The notes under the pieces are model-generated. The model was given only the letters and a program-made list of their open reading frames with translations, made no database searches and was not told where the DNA came from. Position numbers and translations under genes: made by a program. From Eledone cirrhosa (taxonomy: Eukaryota), in the NCBI GenBank assembly GCA_964016885.1, contig OZ024742.1:44206001-44270000 (forward strand): DNA of 64,000 nucleotides. Reading direction: 5' to 3'. Shown here one piece after another: positions 59,482 through 64,000 of this stretch (its first letter is position 1; each line of letters starts with the position of its first letter).

Positions 59482-60184
59482 TATATAATATATATATATA
59501 TATATATAACCAATGCCATGTGAGTGATATCATATCTCTGTTTTTAGCCTAAGAAAATACCTGTATGCGTGTATAAATAATACATGCATATATTTATTTT
59601 AAAAAAAATCTAATTGAGTTCTTCACATTCAAGGTTAAAATTGTTGAAAGTTAATTGACCCACGTGTATATTATTTTGTGTTTCGCGATTACCTCCCTTT
59701 CCGCTTGAAGACAGTGTGAGACTCCTCATTCTGAGAATGCTGGAATTTCAAATTTGCCGGTCATTCTGATACAGAGAGAGACAACCGCTGACATGGGATT
59801 AAAACATCGGTAAGAAAATTTTTTTTATATCGATGTTTGACGGGCATCCACTGATGATTTATAAGTGCCCACCTGCATATATTCCTACGGAATGTTGTGA
59901 AGGCTTCTACATAACCCGGACACATTCTCCCAACTTGTAGAAAACTTATAATGAAACAATTGTTTGGAAAAGGAGATATATTTTAATTATGTCTCATATA
60001 AAATAATACTACTGGTCTTCCGCAAAATACATATAGTTAGCACCCCAAACGTAAAATTGGGATTATACTAAGGTATATCCTAATGTTTGTTGAGTGAGAT
60101 GGAAGCCAGTCAGAGTATAGCTTAAGGCTTTCTCTATTAATGTATTGCATATATATTGTATGTATATATATAATATATATATAC

Positions 60185-61501
60185 ATCGCCCGCCACTTTG
60201 GTGCCCCTGGACATTCCGCACGCCATTTCACAGTCTGTGGCCTACTCCAATGCCACGGAACACCCGCCAATCTCCTTAGAGTCGAACAAAGAACCATCTT
60301 CATCTTACAGACCCACACTCCCCCCGGCCTGAACTCTCCACCCTTATTCCTTTAGCCTTCGACCGCCCCCTTCCCCCCACACACATCTCCCACTAACACC
60401 ACTAACACACCCCTCCTTTTCACCGCCCACCCCACAACTAACAATACTAACACCTCCACTCCACCCCTCATCTGACCACCCTTCCCCAACTAACATACTA
60501 ACATCCCTCCCTTCTTCTCCTCCCCCCTCCTTATCACACGCACACACCCACCGGCACATATATACACGCGCTCACACTAAACACACACCCTACTACCACC
60601 ACTAACCCTCACCCCACACCTCCATCCCACCTCCCCGCAACTAACATCACTAACACCCCCTGACCCCAAGCACACGAACACATGCACCCACTTACACCAC
60701 CCACCCCACACGCAACTAACATCACTAACACCCCCCAACCCCACGCACACGTACCCACACACCCTCGTACACCACCAACTCTACACACCCTACCACCACT
60801 AGCCCCCACTCACACCTGCATTCAACCCTTTCCCCACCTCCCGTATACTAACACCCCCTTCATCAAACTACACACACACCAGTACACCACACTCCCTCCA
60901 TCGACCCCACACCCTTATCTCCCCGCTCCACCCACACCCTTTCTCCACACTCACTCATCCCACTAACACCTCTACTAATACACAAACACACCCTCCTCAC
61001 TCCAACTTTCACACCTACCCATCCTCGCCCCTTTACCATTCCACCCGACTGCTTCTATGCCCTCTGACCACCTCCCAGCACAAACAGACACACAGCACTC
61101 CCACCGCCTTGACCACTTCCTGTTGCGCGCGCACCCCACATCTCTCCTCTTCCGACCATCTCTTCATGGAATACACGTATGTGGAACTTGACCACCTTGG
61201 AATCTACTAACATCATAGGAGTTTACCAACATTTCAACCACATCCTCTTACGGAATCACCTATATAACTCACCCACACACACACCCCAAACAATTTTTTT
61301 TCTCCCACACGCCACCTACACCCACAACACGCTTAAACCCCACACACACGTGCTTTCCACCACATATTTACACCCTCAGCCTCCGGATTCCTTTCCCCCC
61401 ACCCCTGTATCCACACACGCACAGACACTCCGACCTACACCCCACCCTACACACACCTCTTCCTGAACATGCAACCCCGTTCTTCCCCCAACCCTTGCTT
61501 T

Positions 61502-61547
<46 letters not shown>

Positions 61548-61960
61548 ACCTTCAGCCCTCCCCGCTCGGACACCCTGTCTCCCTCTCCCCACTCCACCCG
61601 CCACCACCCCTACACACCCCACACCCTTCCACCACCTGTTTTACCCCTTTTTAATTTCAGTTTATTTTGATCATGCTTTTATATTTATTTTTATTTCATT
61701 TCATTTTATTTTGATCATGCTTTATTTTTATTTTTATTTTTAATTTCATTCGCACCGTTTCCTCCCACCCCATTTTCGCTATATGTCTCTCCACCACTCC
61801 CCTACACACCCTTTGAACTCTCTTCCCACACACTTCTCACCTGAGGAGGTGCTTATGCCCGAAACGTCGTTCCCCACCACCACCCCACTCTCCAGAGTGT
61901 GAAATTAATAAACATTCGTTGTACTGCCTCTCTGTTTTGTTCCTGTTCAAATTTTCCATT
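60185..61960 (+). mobile_element. 5'-truncated Neptune-type Penelope-like element with long C-rich 3' region and pLTR
   Basis: IARHFGAPGHS..FTVCGL..VEQRTIFILQTHTPPGLN = PLE GIY-YIG C-terminus; HHR core at 61841; AATAAA near 61907. Confidence 0.8.
61839..61870 (+). ncRNA. Minimal hammerhead motif (weak stem I)
   Basis: CTGAGGA-GGTGCTTATGCCC-GAAA-CG-TC; stem III ACGT; GUC site. Confidence 0.65.
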
Positions 61961-61969
61961 AGATAGATA

Positions 61970-62015
<46 letters not shown>

Positions 62016-62017
<2 letters not shown>

Positions 62018-62470
62018 AAGGTGGGTAAAATTCCCGAGATCCATGGACGAGTTCTCTCCAGCGGTCTCTGTCCCTCATTATCGCTGCCATATCCTGCATC
62101 TCCAATAGACCAGTGTCTGTCCTTAGGGCATCAACATATGTTAACCTTGGTCTTCCTCTTCTAGTGTGTCCATGTAGGGGCTCCCAAAGGAGCACTGAGT
62201 GTAATGTCAACTCTGGATGTTCAGCCAACCTCAGATCGGTGTGGAAGTCGGACCTTCGTAGAGACCTGAAAATCCGCCTCTTCATTGCTGTAGTGGAGTC
62301 TGTGCTGCTGTATGGGTCTGAGACTTGGACACTGACCAAGAAACTCACTCAGATGGTGGATGGGTGCTACGCGAGAATGCTGAGGATGGCTCTGAACATT
62401 AATCAGTATACACTGAGGATGAAAAACTCAGAGCTGTATGGGAGCATCCCAAAAGTCAGCTCAAAAGTGA
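62016..62470 (-). mobile_element. 5'-inverted RTE-like LINE 3' end (third family)
   Basis: Minus 62016-62223: HPEL..LLWEP.HG..RGRPRLTYVD..DRDRWR; plus 62224-62470: VWKSDL..KIRLF..ESVLLYGSETW..YGSIPKVS. Confidence 0.88.
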
Positions 62471-63127
<657 letters not shown>

Positions 63128-63129
63128 AA

Positions 63130-63670
63130 GATTAAGTAATTAAGCTTAGCTTAGTCATAGGCAAAATAACACTCACAGTTATCTCTGCATATGCATCACC
63201 ATCTGGGCTGGCAGATGATGAGAGGGGCCGTTTTTTTTATGAGGCTCTCCTGCTGACTACCATGATAATGAATGACAGCACTCTTGTTATCACTGCTGGT
63301 GATTTTGATGGGCATGTTTGAATACACTGTGACAAGTGTGCATGGAAGATTTGAGTATAGAGTGAAGAGGGATTTAGGTTTCTCACATTCTGTGATGCAA
63401 ATAACCCAAACATTTGCCATATGAACTTCAGGAAACTAGCCTGCCTCCCAATCACCTAACAATCAGGTGAACATATAAGCCAGATAGATTCTATTTTCAT
63501 CAGGAAATGGGATAGGTAGATGGTTCTAAATGCTAAATCTTTGTCTCGTGAAGAATGTCTGAGTCAACATAGATTAGTGATTTGTGATATACGAGGAGGC
63601 AAAAGACAATTTGGAGAAGGAAAACTTGGAAATTGAATAAGTCCTTAACCAGTGACAAATTCAGAGTTCT
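63130..63670 (+). mobile_element. Decayed RTE endonuclease fragment
   Basis: TVISAYA..SGL..TAGDFDGHV..FCDAN..QIDSIF, homologous to 47000-47550. Confidence 0.75.
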
Positions 63671-63679
63671 TTAAAATCT

Positions 63680-63960
63680 AAATTCTGTCTCCAGCCCAGA
63701 GGCTCATCAAGCTGGTATTTATCCTGGTTCCCTTGGCATTAAGTACCTGAGTATGAGACTCCCTCATGAATACGACGCCAGTCCATTGCAGGGTTAAACC
63801 ACCAGCTACTGCTGGTACTCTTTTTTCTGCTGAGTATACTGGAGTAGCATGAAATGAAGGGGTTTGCTCAAGAACACAACACATAACCCAGTCCAGGAAT
63901 TGAACCTACGACATTATGATCGTAAGTCTAACACCCTTATCACTGGACTATGGGCCTTCT
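63680..63960 (-). mobile_element. Older tRNA/CORE-like SINE copy
   Basis: Minus strand: A box, GGTTCAATTCCTGGACTGGG, TGTTGTGTTCTTGAGCAA. Confidence 0.65.
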
Positions 63961-64000
63961 TGATGCTTATTACAGAATAGAGGAGGAGATAGAGACTTAT

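Noticed and set aside
59845-59900. Isolated CTGATGA motifs (also at 3902, 6899 and 19846)
   Set aside because: No correctly placed GAAA with supporting stems.

Overview
AT-rich eukaryotic DNA dominated by repeats, most likely from a coleoid cephalopod such as Octopus (inferred from the SINE families, RTE LINEs and very long (TA)n/(TATG)n tracts). No host protein-coding gene can be called with confidence; the long Y/I/M/C-rich ORFs are translated microsatellites. The window holds: (i) a near full-length RTE-clade LINE (APE endonuclease plus RT with an embedded PHD-type finger) with several truncated copies, and a tRNA-derived SINE family sharing its 3' tail; (ii) hAT and TTAA-type DNA transposons/MITEs with visible TSDs; (iii) a decayed Ty3/gypsy-like gag; and (iv) a dense set of Penelope-like element (PLE) remnants (Naiad-type and Neptune-type GIY-YIG). 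The PLE regions carry seven type-I hammerhead-ribozyme motifs of six sequence types and a series of long fold-back palindromes, nearly all embedded in or next to (TA)n. The 30.47-31.22 kb ribozyme unit (428-bp period, with an antisense copy ending at the predicted cleavage site) is the most striking structure. All ribozyme and family calls were made by eye, not with covariance models or database searches.
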